Part shown: piece by piece, positions 17,455-28,400 of the stretch
How positions within the stretch are numbered: position 1 is the stretch's first letter
Layout: each line of letters begins with the position of its first letter
NCBI GenBank assembly: GCA_964372275.1
Contig: CAYJRR010000012.1
Location: 1 to 50,893 of the forward strand
Length of the DNA: 50,893 nucleotides
Direction: 5' to 3'
DNA from: an uncultured bacterium
Lineage (GTDB): Bacteria; CAYJRR01
Position numbers and translations under genes: made by a program
Notes under the pieces: generated by a model
Told to the model about the DNA's origin: nothing
Databases searched by the model: none
Seen by the model: only the letters and a program-made list of their open reading frames with translations

Positions 17455-20259
17455 TTGGCCTCGGTCAACAAAAACAAGCTCTTAGACAACGCGAGCAAGT
17501 ACCTCCAAAAGGGGCTGTACGATCGCGCGATCAAGGAGTTCCTGAAGGTCCTCGAGGCCGATCCGAACGACATCCGCGTCCGCCTCAAGCTCGGCGACAC
17601 CTACACCAAGAAGCAGGCGAACACCGAGGCGGCGCAGCAGTACCAGATGGTCGCGGAGAGCTACGCCAAGGACGGGTTCTTCCTGAAGGCGGTCGCCGTC
17701 TACAACCAGATCCTGAAGCTCGACGGGACGCAGGTGGAGATCCACCTCAAGCTGGGCGAGCTCTACCAGCAGCTCGGCCTCCTGTCCGACGCGATGAACC
17801 AGTACCAGCTGGTCGCGACGCACTACGACCAGAAGGGGATGAGCAAGGAGTCGGCCGACGTCCTCAAGAAGATGGCCGAGCTCGATCCGGAGAACGTCGC
17901 GGTCCGGAGGAAGCTGGCGGAGATCAACGCCACCGAGGGCCAGACCGGCGACGCGCTCGAGGAGTTCCTGCGGATCGCGGACGACCTGCGCGCGAAGGCG
18001 AAGTTCGACGAGCTGGCGGGGGTGCTGGAGAAGATCGTCGCGCTCGACCCGTCCAACCTCGACCTGGTGCGGGAGCTCGCCGGCCTCTACCTCGACCGCG
18101 GCGATCCCAAACGGGCGCTGGCCAAGCTGCAGATCTGTTTCCGCGCCAATCCGCACGAGCTGGCGACCCTGGAGATGCTGGCCGCCGCCTTTGTCAGCCT
18201 CGGGCAGCCGGAGAAGTCGAAGTCGGTCTACCGCGAGATCGCGCATCTCCACGACACGCAGGGGAACGTCCCGGCGAAGATGGAGGCGTTCCGGAAGATC
18301 CTGGAGATCGATCCGCAGGACGGCGAGGCGCAGTCGGTCCTGCACGGCAAATCGATCGAGCCGACCGCGTCCGCGCCGGTCCGGCGCGTGCCGGTGGAGG
18401 CCGCGCGCGCGGCGGCGCCGGTTCCCGGACCGACCGCCTCCTCGCCGACCGGGGCGTACGACGACCCGGAGGTGATCAACAAGCTGCTGACCGAGGCGGA
18501 TGTCTATCTGAAGTACGGCCTCCTGGAGAAGGCGCTCGACCACCTGCGCGGCATCGTCCGTCGCAATCCCAACAACGTCGAGGCACACCTCAAGCTGAAG
18601 GAGGTCTACCTCCAGCACAAGGATGCCGACAGCGCGGCATCGGCGGTGCTCTCCGCTGTCGACCTGCTCCTGGCGCGAGGGGAGCGCGAGCGCGCGCAGG
18701 AGATGCTGCGCGATGGACTCGGTTTCGCCCCCGGACACCTCGGTCTCCAGACGAGGGCCACCGAGCTGGAAGGCGGCGGGCTGCCGGCGTCGGAGATGCC
18801 GACGGAGGAGATCAGCGCCACGCAGGCGCTCGAACCGTCGATGGAGATCGACGTCGGCGAAGGCGCAGGCGACGCGGCTCCGTTGATCGAGGCGCCCGGC
18901 CTTCCGATCGAGAACGGCGACGCGATCGAGATCCAGGTCGACGACGCGGAGGCGCTTGTCCCGCAGGTGCCGCCGGCGCAGGAGGTGTCGATCGACCTAG
19001 CCGGGATCGAAGAGGCGTCGCTCGACGACGTCCCCGAAAGCTCGAAGGAGACCGTGTCCAAGCGGATGCCGAAGGCGCGCCCGGTCGAGAGCCCCCGACC
19101 GGCCGACGTGGTGGAGCTCGACAGCCGCCGCGCGGAGGCTTCGAAGCCGGCGGCCGATCCGGACCAGCTGCTCAGCGAGCTGGCGAGCGCATTCGAGAAC
19201 GGCCAGTCGGCCGAAGAGTTCACCGGCAGCTTCCGGCGGTCCACGAAGCCGAGGTCGATCGAGGAGCGGTTCGGCGTCGACGATGTCGACGAGATCGTGC
19301 CGCCCGCCACGGCAGGGGCGAGGACGGCCGCGGACCGGACGGCCTCCGGGTTCTCGTCGCGCGCCGCCCCGACGGCCGCCGGATCGGCCGCGCGGGCCGC
19401 GCCTCCGGCGATCCCGATCTCCCGTGCCGAGCCGTCGATTCCACCGGTGAGCGACGAACCGGTGCCGGCGGAGCTCACCGATGACGTCGACGAGGCCGAC
19501 TTCTTCCTGAAGCAGAAGATCTTCGACGAGGCGATCGCCGGCTACCGGCGCGCCCTGCGGAGCCATCCCGGACACCCGGCCCTCACCAGCCGCCTGGCGC
19601 GGGCGGAGGCGTTGGCGAGGGCCGCCGCCGCGGGCGTCCCGGTTGAGCGCGAGCCGACCCGGCCGGAGCGGAGCGCGCCGTCGAAGCGTGCCGCCCGTCT
19701 GGAGGAGTCCGGAGGGTTCGATCTCGCGGCCGAGCTGATGGACGATCTGGACGGATTCGCGCGCGAGGAGGCGAACAGCCATCCGCTCGACGAGAACTCC
19801 CAGGTCTCGCTCGGCGACGTCGTCCGCGAGGCGCGACAGCGCGCCGGTGAGCAGGCGGGGGAGGATCGCCAGGCCCGGTACGACCTCGGGATCGCCTACC
19901 GAGAGATGGGGCTGCTCGACGAGGCGATTTCCGAGTTCGAGCTGGCGGCGAAGTCGAGCAACAAGGTGGCCGACTGCCGAAGCATGATCGGCCTGTGCCA
20001 GCGCGACATGGGGAACTACGAGGCGGCGATCAAGTCGTTCACCCAGTCGATCAAGACACCGGGGGTCACCGACAAGCAGAAGGCCGGCTACTTCTACGAG
20101 CTGGCGGCGACGCTGGAGGCGATGGGCGAATCGGCGAAGGCGATGGCCGCCTACCGCCAGGTGCAGACGATCGAACCGGGATTCCGGGACGTCGCCCGGA
20201 AGCTCGGCGGAGGCGATGCCCCGCCTGCGAACCGCACCTCGAAGATCTCGTTCGTCTAA
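17455..20259 (+). CDS. sgmX: Large multi-TPR protein, SgmX / Bd2492-like
   Basis: N-terminal TPR array (NKNKLLDNASKYLQKG...), middle LLTEADVYLKYGL TPR block, acidic linker, C-terminal RYDLGIAYREMGLLDEAISEF TPRs, ends KISFV; sits between accC and ATPase-tamB-tamA. Confidence 0.8.
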   Translation: MASVNKNKLLDNASKYLQKGLYDRAIKEFLKVLEADPNDIRVRLKLGDTYTKKQANTEAAQQYQMVAESYAKDGFFLKAVAVYNQILKLDGTQVEIHLKLGELYQQLGLLSDAMNQYQLVATHYDQKGMSKESADVLKKMAELDPENVAVRRKLAEINATEGQTGDALEEFLRIADDLRAKAKFDELAGVLEKIVALDPSNLDLVRELAGLYLDRGDPKRALAKLQICFRANPHELATLEMLAAAFVSLGQPEKSKSVYREIAHLHDTQGNVPAKMEAFRKILEIDPQDGEAQSVLHGKSIEPTASAPVRRVPVEAARAAAPVPGPTASSPTGAYDDPEVINKLLTEADVYLKYGLLEKALDHLRGIVRRNPNNVEAHLKLKEVYLQHKDADSAASAVLSAVDLLLARGERERAQEMLRDGLGFAPGHLGLQTRATELEGGGLPASEMPTEEISATQALEPSMEIDVGEGAGDAAPLIEAPGLPIENGDAIEIQVDDAEALVPQVPPAQEVSIDLAGIEEASLDDVPESSKETVSKRMPKARPVESPRPADVVELDSRRAEASKPAADPDQLLSELASAFENGQSAEEFTGSFRRSTKPRSIEERFGVDDVDEIVPPATAGARTAADRTASGFSSRAAPTAAGSAARAAPPAIPISRAEPSIPPVSDEPVPAELTDDVDEADFFLKQKIFDEAIAGYRRALRSHPGHPALTSRLARAEALARAAAAGVPVEREPTRPERSAPSKRAARLEESGGFDLAAELMDDLDGFAREEANSHPLDENSQVSLGDVVREARQRAGEQAGEDRQARYDLGIAYREMGLLDEAISEFELAAKSSNKVADCRSMIGLCQRDMGNYEAAIKSFTQSIKTPGVTDKQKAGYFYELAATLEAMGESAKAMAAYRQVQTIEPGFRDVARKLGGGDAPPANRTSKISFV

Positions 20260-20269
20260 AGAGCCCTAT

Positions 20270-21424
20270 TTGAACTACCTCGAGTTCTTCTCGCTCAAGC
20301 ACGAACCGTTCAGCAACGCTCCCGTCGCCCGTTTCTACTACGACAGCGAGCAACACGGGCGCGCGCTGTTCAAGCTCCACCACGCGGTCGAGAGCATGAA
20401 GGGGTTGGCGGTGCTGATCGGGGAGATCGGCGCGGGGAAGAGCACGCTCGCGCGGCGGCTCCTCGAGTCGCTCCCCGAGAAGCAGTTCGAAGCGTCGCTG
20501 CTGATGGTTGTGCACGCCGAGACGACGGCGAGCTGGCTCCTCTCGCGCATCGCCCTGCTGCTCGGAGTCAAGGCGGCGGCCGAGGACAAGCTCAAGCTCC
20601 TGTCGCAGGTCTACCAGCGGCTCGTCGCCATCCACGAGTCCGGGAAGAAGGCGGTCATCCTGATCGACGAGGCGCAGATGCTTCGCACCCGCGAGATCAT
20701 GGAGGAGCTTCGGGGGCTGCTGAACCTCGAGCTTTCGGAGCGGAAGCTGCTGACGTTCGTCTTCTTCGGCCTGACCGACCTCGACCGGAACCTGACGCTC
20801 GACGAGCCGCTTCGCCAGCGGGTGGCGATGCGCGTTCGGCTCGAGCCGCTCTCGCGGTCGTCGGCCGCCGCCTACATCGCCCACCGCCTCCGCCTCGCGG
20901 GGGCGTCGCGGATGCTTTTCACCGAGGGGGCGATCGATCTGATCCATCGGTTCGGGCGCGGTACGCCGCGGCTGATCAACACGCTCTGCGACAACGCCCT
21001 CCTCGAGGCCTACCTCTCCCGGCGACCGGCCGCCGACGAGGAGCTGGTCCTCCGCGCGGCCGACGACCTGGGACTCGTCGGCGCCGGTCCCTCCGACGCC
21101 GATCGCCTGCGGGCGGCCGGCGAAGGCCTGCGGCCGGCGGGCGAGCCGCCGCCGCCGCCCGAAGGGACGGCGCTCTCGCCGTTGGAGCCGCGGCCCGAGA
21201 TGACGCCGCTGCCGGTCCCGGACCCGCCCCCGCCTGCCTCGGGATGGCGCCTGCCCGAACGGGGGGCGACCGTCGGTGCGGCCGGACGCCCGATCGATCC
21301 GCGCCCGCCCGAGGTTCGCGCCGCCGACGTCCCGCGCGACCACGGGGGAAGCGGCGAGGACCGCCTGGAGGACATCGACAGCATCCTCGACCAGCTGGAG
21401 GAGAGGGCCAAAGGGACTTCGTGA
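20270..21424 (+). CDS. ExeA/GspA-family AAA ATPase with Pro-rich C-tail
   Basis: YLEFFSLKHEPFSNAP, Walker A GEIGAGKS, Walker B LIDEAQ, GTPRLINTLCDNALL. Confidence 0.92.
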   Translation: MNYLEFFSLKHEPFSNAPVARFYYDSEQHGRALFKLHHAVESMKGLAVLIGEIGAGKSTLARRLLESLPEKQFEASLLMVVHAETTASWLLSRIALLLGVKAAAEDKLKLLSQVYQRLVAIHESGKKAVILIDEAQMLRTREIMEELRGLLNLELSERKLLTFVFFGLTDLDRNLTLDEPLRQRVAMRVRLEPLSRSSAAAYIAHRLRLAGASRMLFTEGAIDLIHRFGRGTPRLINTLCDNALLEAYLSRRPAADEELVLRAADDLGLVGAGPSDADRLRAAGEGLRPAGEPPPPPEGTALSPLEPRPEMTPLPVPDPPPPASGWRLPERGATVGAAGRPIDPRPPEVRAADVPRDHGGSGEDRLEDIDSILDQLEERAKGTS

Positions 21425-24400
21425 AGAGAAGGGCCGCGATCTTCTTCGTCGGGACGGTCCTCGGGCTCGTCCTCGCCACGCTCGCCGGACTCCAGAGCGG
21501 TCCCTTCGAGCGCTACGTCCGCGACCGGATCGAACGCGAGGTCGGCGCGTGGCTCCACGCCAAGGTCGAGATCGGCTGGCTGCAGATCCAGGTGATCTCG
21601 CTCAAGCCGGGGATCCAGGCCGGGGAGATCGCCGTGACGCCGCGGATGGCCGCCGGTCGGCCGCAGCTCGAGGAACCCACGGTACGCGTGGAGAGGATGC
21701 GGATCGTCTTCCGTCCGCTGCAGGCGATGGCCCGACGACTCGACGTCGACCGCATCGAGCTGGAGGGGCCGCACCTCGACCTGGAGCTCGTCGACGGCAA
21801 CCTGCTCGGACTTCCGACGCCGCTCGTCGCGAACGAGGGGCCCGAGCCCAAGGGTCGCACCCTGGAGTGGAGGCTCGACGCGATCCTGGTCAAGGACGGG
21901 ACGTTCCATCTGCGCGCCGACGCGCCCGACCTCCAACTGGGATTGACGCGGATCCGCGCGCTGGGAACGTTCGAGCGAAACGGCAGCCTGGTGGTCGACC
22001 TCGAATCGGACGGCCGCCGCTTCCGGCTGGGGATGGAGGACGGGGCGTTCGAGGAGTCGATCTCCGCGCTCGACGCGAGGGTGGTGCTGGGCGGTTCGAG
22101 CCTCGAGATCAAGCATTCCCGCCTGGTCGGAGGCTCGATCGCCGCCGAAGCGGCCGGCACGATCCAGCTCCGAGGCGACACCGACGTCGACCTGTCGACG
22201 CTGCGCCTGGTCGCGCCGCTGCAGCGGTTGACGTCGATCGCGCCGTCCGCCCCGGCGCTCGACGGCACTCTCAACTGGGACGGGCGCCTGACGGTGATCG
22301 GAAAGGCCGTCCGCGCGCGCGGTCACGCCAGTGTCCCCGACCTGTGGCTCGACCGGTTCCATTTCGGCGATACCGAGGCCGAGGTCGACGTGACCGGGAG
22401 CGGGGCCCGCGCCACCGCGCTGCGCGTCCGCCGCGGCGGAGGGGAGATCTCGGGGACGGCGGAGGTGGGGTTCGGATCGGGGGCGCCCGAGCTTTCGCTC
22501 GATACCAGGCTGGAACAGGTCTCCTTCGCCCAGCTCCTGGACACCATGGGGATCCCCGGTTCCCACGTCGATGCCCGGGTCGGAGGTCGTCTCGCCCTCA
22601 AGGGTCCCCTCCGCCCGCTCGACTTGAAGGTCGAGACCGAGCTGGCGCACCGTGATTTCGTGTGGCGCGATCGCGCCTGGGACGCGGGAGGCCGCGCCCG
22701 GTCGAACCTGCGTGCGCTCCCCGGCCGGATCGGCGGACGGTTCACGGTCCGGGAGAGCGGCATCGACTTCACCGCCGTCGAGGCGGTCGCCGGGAGGACG
22801 CACCTGGCGACCCAGGGCCGCCTCGATTTCGCCGGCTCGACCGACCTCGCGATCGCCTGCGCGCCGCTGGTGCTGGCGGAGTTCTCGCCGGCGGGTAGCG
22901 TCGCCCTCGCTGGCACCGGTCCGGCGACCGCGCGGATCCACGGGCCGTTCGAGAAGCTGGTGATCGAGGCCGACCTCGACCTCAAGGGCTTGCGGGTCGA
23001 AGGGTTCGACTTCGGAGACGCCAACGGGGGGCTTCGCTTCGAGGACTCGGTGCTCGCCTCCGACGGGCCGACGGAGATCGCGCGGGGCTCGAGCCGGTAC
23101 GCCGGGCCGTGGCGAATCGACTTCCGCGATGTCGCTCTCCTTTCGGCCGACGTGACCGTGAAGGAGGCACGGATCGAAGACCTGGCCGACGTCGTCTTCG
23201 GCGATCCGCCCGCGAGCGAACACGTGCGCGGCTCGGTCTCGGGAATGCTCTCGTTGCGCGGTCCATTCGCGGCGCTCGACGGGGACTTTCGCGTCGCGGG
23301 GGGCGATCTCGCCGTGTCAGGGGAGCGATTCGGGAGCTACAAGGCGTCCGGCCGATGGAAGAAGGGGACGCTGTGGCTGGACGACCTGGTGGCGGCCAAG
23401 CCGTCGGGGGCGAAAGTGTTCGCCCGAGGAAGCCTGGGGAACCCGTCGCCGGACGAGGCAGCCCTCGGAGGCGCGGTCAACCTGGAGATCCATACCCAGG
23501 GGCTCACCCTGTCGGATGTCGACCACCTGGGTCCCGAGCCGCTCCTCACCTCCGAGGCGTCGCTGCGAATGCACCTCGGGGGCCGACTGCGTCGGCCCGA
23601 AGCGCGGGGGAGGCTCACGCTCACCCACAGTCGGTTCCATGGCGTGCGGCTCGGCGCCTCCCAGATCGAGTTCGACACGGTTGCCTTGGGCAATCCATCG
23701 GGTGGAGGTTCGAAGGAGGTGCTCACGGTCGAGGCCAATCTCGTCGGTGGCACCTTGAAGGCCGCGGGCCGCGTGAGGCTCAAGGTCTCCGAGGGCTTCC
23801 CCTATGAGATCGACCTCGTCGCCACCCGCCACTCGTTCAAGCCCTATCTCTACGTCCTCAACGGCCGTCTCGCGCGCGACGAAGAGGTGAAGGCCTCGGT
23901 ATCGGGGACGTTTCGCGCTCGCGGCAAGCTTTCCGACCCCCGCTCCGCCGAGATCGACGTGACGGCGAACGAGCTCGTCCTCGCGCGCGGGCCGCACCGG
24001 CTCCAGAACGACCGCCCCGCGGTGCTCTCCGTCGGCGGCGGGAGGATCGTGATCGGCGACCTCGCAATCTCGGGGGACGAGACCCGGTTCCACCTCACCG
24101 GGCAGCGATGGGCCGACGGCCGCCAGGAGTTCCGGGGCGGCGGGAAGCTCGATCTGGCGCTGGCCTCGCTGTTCACCGACGCTTTCTCGCGGCTGGAGGG
24201 GACGCTCAACGTCTCCACTCTCTGGATCGGCGGCTCGAAAGGGGCACCCGACGTGACGGCGGTGGGCGAGCTGGAGGGGGGCGCCGTCAAGCTGCGGAAC
24301 TTCCCGGCGTTGCCCCTGGAAGGGATCGCCGGACGGATCCAGGTCACCGAGAACGAGGTGGTGATCGGTCCTTCCCTGGCCGGAAAGGCGAGCGGCGGCA

Positions 24401-25461
24401 CCTTCGTCGCCGACGGGTCGATCGGTCTCATCGGAGCGAAGGTCCGGAACTACGAGATCGGCGCGCGTGTCACCGACGTCTCGCTCCGGCTTCCCGAGCT
24501 GGGGATCTCCGCGCGCGGATCCGGGGAGATCGAGTTCGCCGGACCGGCCGACCGCTCGAAGCTCTCCGGAACGCTGCGGGTCGCCGACGGGAAGTACACC
24601 AAGCCGCTCGAGTGGAAGGCGCTGGCGCTGGGGCAGCGCCGGACGTCGGTCTCCGTCTCCGATCCGGGCGACCGGCTGTTCGACATCGATCTGGTGCTGA
24701 TCGCCGACGACAACCTCTGGGTGAAGAACGACGCCGCGCATGTCGAGTTCCACACCCGACCCGACGATCCGTTGCGCCTCGTCGGCTCGAACGCCGACCT
24801 GCGGGTCGCCGGCACGTTGGAGTCGACGCGGGGGAAGGCGGTCATCCAGAACACCGAGTTCAACGTCCAGACCGCCACCGTCCGGTTCGACGACCGGCAC
24901 GGATTCGACTTCTCGCTCGACTGCTGGGCGGAGACGATCAAGCGCGACTGGCAGATCACCGCGCACGTGCAGGCGAGCCTCTCCGGCGGTCTGGAACCGC
25001 CGCAGCTGGAATCGATCCCGCCACTGTCGGACGACGACATCCACTTCCTTCTCGCCACCGGACTGACGCATCAGGAGACGCAGGGGCAGGACGTGAAGGT
25101 CGCCGCCGGCCTGATCGGATCGGTCGTGGGGCAAGGGCTGGGCGAGCGGCGCGGGATCACCGACGCGGTGAAGCGGCTCGCGAACCTCGACTCGGTCGAC
25201 GTCGTGCCGACCTACAACCAGGCGGGGCAGGTCGGCCTGAAGACGGTGATTCGCAAGACGATCAATCCCGACCTCACCTGGACGGGCGCGTTCGGCGTCA
25301 CCAACGCGACCTACAACACGCAGCTCGACTACCGGGTGAACCGGCGGCTGCACGTCGTTTTCGGCGCCACGAACGAAGACCAGACGACCGAATCCGAAGC
25401 GGTGATCTTCGGCGAGAACGACTTCGGCGCGGACGCGAAGTTCCGGTTCGAGTGGAAATGA
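21421..25461 (+). CDS. tamB: Translocation and assembly module TamB / AsmA-like protein
   Basis: N-terminal TM anchor, ~1350 aa of amphipathic beta repeats, DUF490-like C-terminus (LESIPPLSDDDIHFLLATG...GADAKFRFEWK); upstream of an Omp85 gene. Confidence 0.85.
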   Translation: MKRRAAIFFVGTVLGLVLATLAGLQSGPFERYVRDRIEREVGAWLHAKVEIGWLQIQVISLKPGIQAGEIAVTPRMAAGRPQLEEPTVRVERMRIVFRPLQAMARRLDVDRIELEGPHLDLELVDGNLLGLPTPLVANEGPEPKGRTLEWRLDAILVKDGTFHLRADAPDLQLGLTRIRALGTFERNGSLVVDLESDGRRFRLGMEDGAFEESISALDARVVLGGSSLEIKHSRLVGGSIAAEAAGTIQLRGDTDVDLSTLRLVAPLQRLTSIAPSAPALDGTLNWDGRLTVIGKAVRARGHASVPDLWLDRFHFGDTEAEVDVTGSGARATALRVRRGGGEISGTAEVGFGSGAPELSLDTRLEQVSFAQLLDTMGIPGSHVDARVGGRLALKGPLRPLDLKVETELAHRDFVWRDRAWDAGGRARSNLRALPGRIGGRFTVRESGIDFTAVEAVAGRTHLATQGRLDFAGSTDLAIACAPLVLAEFSPAGSVALAGTGPATARIHGPFEKLVIEADLDLKGLRVEGFDFGDANGGLRFEDSVLASDGPTEIARGSSRYAGPWRIDFRDVALLSADVTVKEARIEDLADVVFGDPPASEHVRGSVSGMLSLRGPFAALDGDFRVAGGDLAVSGERFGSYKASGRWKKGTLWLDDLVAAKPSGAKVFARGSLGNPSPDEAALGGAVNLEIHTQGLTLSDVDHLGPEPLLTSEASLRMHLGGRLRRPEARGRLTLTHSRFHGVRLGASQIEFDTVALGNPSGGGSKEVLTVEANLVGGTLKAAGRVRLKVSEGFPYEIDLVATRHSFKPYLYVLNGRLARDEEVKASVSGTFRARGKLSDPRSAEIDVTANELVLARGPHRLQNDRPAVLSVGGGRIVIGDLAISGDETRFHLTGQRWADGRQEFRGGGKLDLALASLFTDAFSRLEGTLNVSTLWIGGSKGAPDVTAVGELEGGAVKLRNFPALPLEGIAGRIQVTENEVVIGPSLAGKASGGTFVADGSIGLIGAKVRNYEIGARVTDVSLRLPELGISARGSGEIEFAGPADRSKLSGTLRVADGKYTKPLEWKALALGQRRTSVSVSDPGDRLFDIDLVLIADDNLWVKNDAAHVEFHTRPDDPLRLVGSNADLRVAGTLESTRGKAVIQNTEFNVQTATVRFDDRHGFDFSLDCWAETIKRDWQITAHVQASLSGGLEPPQLESIPPLSDDDIHFLLATGLTHQETQGQDVKVAAGLIGSVVGQGLGERRGITDAVKRLANLDSVDVVPTYNQAGQVGLKTVIRKTINPDLTWTGAFGVTNATYNTQLDYRVNRRLHVVFGATNEDQTTESEAVIFGENDFGADAKFRFEWK

Positions 25462-28400
25462 GTCCCGCTGCCGCGCTCCTGCTCGCCGCGCTCGCCCTCG
25501 AATCGGGCGGGGTCCCGGCACGGTCCGCGGTGGAGGCGCTGCGACGCGCGGATGGATCCGAGCTGGCCGGTACCAAAGTCACCTCCGTCTCCGTCGTCGT
25601 GCCACGGGAGGCGAGAACGGTCGAACTCGAGCGGTTCCTCGAGATCCGCAAGGGGGACCGGTTCTCCGCGCGCCAGGTGCGGCGGACGATCGAGGTCCTG
25701 GCGAAGCTCGGCGATTTCGCCGAGATCGGCGTCGAGGCGCGCCGCAACACGGAGGGGGTCGACCTCACCATCCGGCTCGTCCCCGTTCCGCGGGTCCGGC
25801 GCATCACCGTCAAGGGATTCACGCCGGCGTCGCGGGTCACGGCGGCGCTCGGGGTCTCGGCCGGCGATCCGGTGCCGTCGGAGACGGAGCTGGAACGGAT
25901 GGCGGTCGACGCGCGCGATGCGCTGATCCGCGAGGGCTGGAGGCGTGCCGCCGTCGAGGTGGAGGCCGCCACCAACGCCGCCGGCGAGGCGCTCGTCAAC
26001 GTGCGCGTCGAACCGGGAGTGCGCAGCCACATCCGGTCGATCTCGTTCGAAGGGGACATGGCCTACGACGAGGCGGAGCTGTTGCGCCGGTCGGGACTCA
26101 AGGTCGGCAATCCGCTCACCGACCGCGCGCTGAACGCGGCCCGCAGCCGGATCCTGGAGCTGCACCGGTCCGACGACTTCCTCGAAGCCCGGCTTCCGCT
26201 CGATCCGCCGCGGATGGCGCAGACCGACTCCGCCGGAAACGCGCGAGTCGTCGTGCTGGTCAGCTCCGGAGAGCGGATCGATCTTCAGTTCGACAAGCGC
26301 CCGCTCGCGGAGCGGGACCGGTTGACCGATCCGCTCTGGTGGTACCACTTCCGCGACGACCGGCTGAAGAGCTACCTCGACCTCGCCAGCGAGTCGCAGT
26401 TCACCGAGGGGTTCGGGGAGGAGGCGTCGGAGCGGCTCGCCGCGCGCTACCGGCGCCGCGGGTACCTCGAGGCATCGGTCGCCGCGACCTACGAGGTGCA
26501 GCCCTCCAAGCGGCGGAAGTCGTTCCGCTTCAAGATCGACCCGGGACGACGGTTCAAGCTGCGGAGCGTGGAGCTCGTCGGCGAGGTCGAGTCCCTTCCG
26601 TCCGACGTCGTCCGGGGCCTGCGAAACGAGCTGCCGGTCGGGCTGCCGGGGATGGCGGCCGGCCACTTCCTCCCGGAAGAGGTGGACGGCGCCGTCGCGC
26701 ACCTCGTCGACTACCTTCGCTCGCTCGGATACGCCGAGGCGCGGATCGAGGCGCGCGAACCGCGTGTCGACCGCGCGCGTCGCAAGGTCGACCTGGAGCT
26801 CGCGGTGGAGCCGGGGCCGCGGCTGGTGGTCGGGAAGATCGAGATTGCGGGGAACCAGCAGGCGTCGGCCGACGCGCTGCGGACGGCGTTGGCGCAACCG
26901 GCCGTCGGGATCCGGACGGGGCAGCCGCTGAACGCGGTGTCGCTGGAGCGGGTCGGCCAGGCGGTCGAGAGCTACTACGCCTCGATCGGCCTTCCGTACG
27001 CGCGGGCCGAATCGAGCACGGTGACGGTCAAGGGGGTCGTCGACCTCTCGATCCGGGTCGACGAAGGGTTGCAGGCGTTCGTCGGCCGCGTGATCGTGAA
27101 GGGGAACGAGTTCACCCGCCGTGACGTGATCGACCGGATCCTTCCGGTCCGCACCGGGCTGCCCTACACCCCGGCGCTGATCGCGTCGGGCGGGCGGGCG
27201 CTGACCAACCTGGGCACCTTCAGCCGGGTCTCGATTGCGCCGTTCGAAGACGAGGAGCCCGAGCGGGTACGAGACATTCGTGTCGGCGTCTCGGAGGCGA
27301 ACCGAAAGCTGCTCGAGCCGTCGATCGGCGCCTCGAACCAGGACGGTCCGCGCCTGGGACTCCGGGCCGTCCATCGCAACCTGTTCGGGAGCGCGAAGTC
27401 GATCTCGCTCCGATGGCAGGCGAACTGGCGGTGGGACGGGATCCTGGCGGACAGCAAGCTCAACCGCCTGGAGCCCGCGGTCGACTATTCGAAGATCGAG
27501 CAGAGGATGCTCCTCACCTACGCCCAGCCGCTGACCTTCCGCCGCCCGGTTACGACCTCGATGACGGCGAGCCTCTTCGAGAAGGAGGAGAGCCGGAGTT
27601 TCGGCTACTCCGGAAACCGGGTGATCGTCGCGGCCGACCGGGGGATCGACGTGTCGACGGGACCGTTGCGCGAAGCCTCCGTCAAGTTGATCGGCAGCTA
27701 CCAGATGTTCCTGCGGGACGTCGAATACGAGGACCGCAGCCGGCAGGAGGCGGTGGCGGTCGAGCCGGCCGACTTTCCTCTCGACCCGAGCGCCTCGATG
27801 TACTACTGGCCGTTCCGCTGGAAGATCGCCAGCCTGTCGGCGGGGACTTTCGTCGACCGTCGCGACGACCGCGTAAACCCGACCGACGGCTACACCTTCA
27901 CCCTCAACGCCGACCTGGCCGCCCGGGCATTCGGCTCCGACGTCTCCTTCGGGCGGGTGACGGGCTCCCTATCCTGGTTCCGGCCCGGACCGGGCGGCCT
28001 GAACGTCGCCGCCACCGCGCGCGGAGGTTATGCCGTCCCGCTGTTCGCCTCCCGGGGGATCCCGGTCGACCAGCGCTTCCACCTCGGCGGAACCGGCTCG
28101 GTCCGCGGGTTCGCGGAGTCCTCCATCGGCCCTCGCTTCGCCTCCGGCTCGGACTTCTCCACCGGCGGGAACCTCGCCGGATCCTACAACCTCGAGCTCC
28201 GCCACCGCCTCGCGCTGGGGCTCGACGGAGTGATCTTCCACGACGCGGGCACGACCGTCCTCCTCGACCGGAGTCCGATCCGGCCCGACCGGGGAACGCT
28301 CGAGAATCCCGACTCGCTGAGCACCGGCGTCGGGGTCGGGCTGCGGATCCCCCGCACTCCGATCGGTCCGATCAAGTTCGACTTCGGCGTCGACACCGAC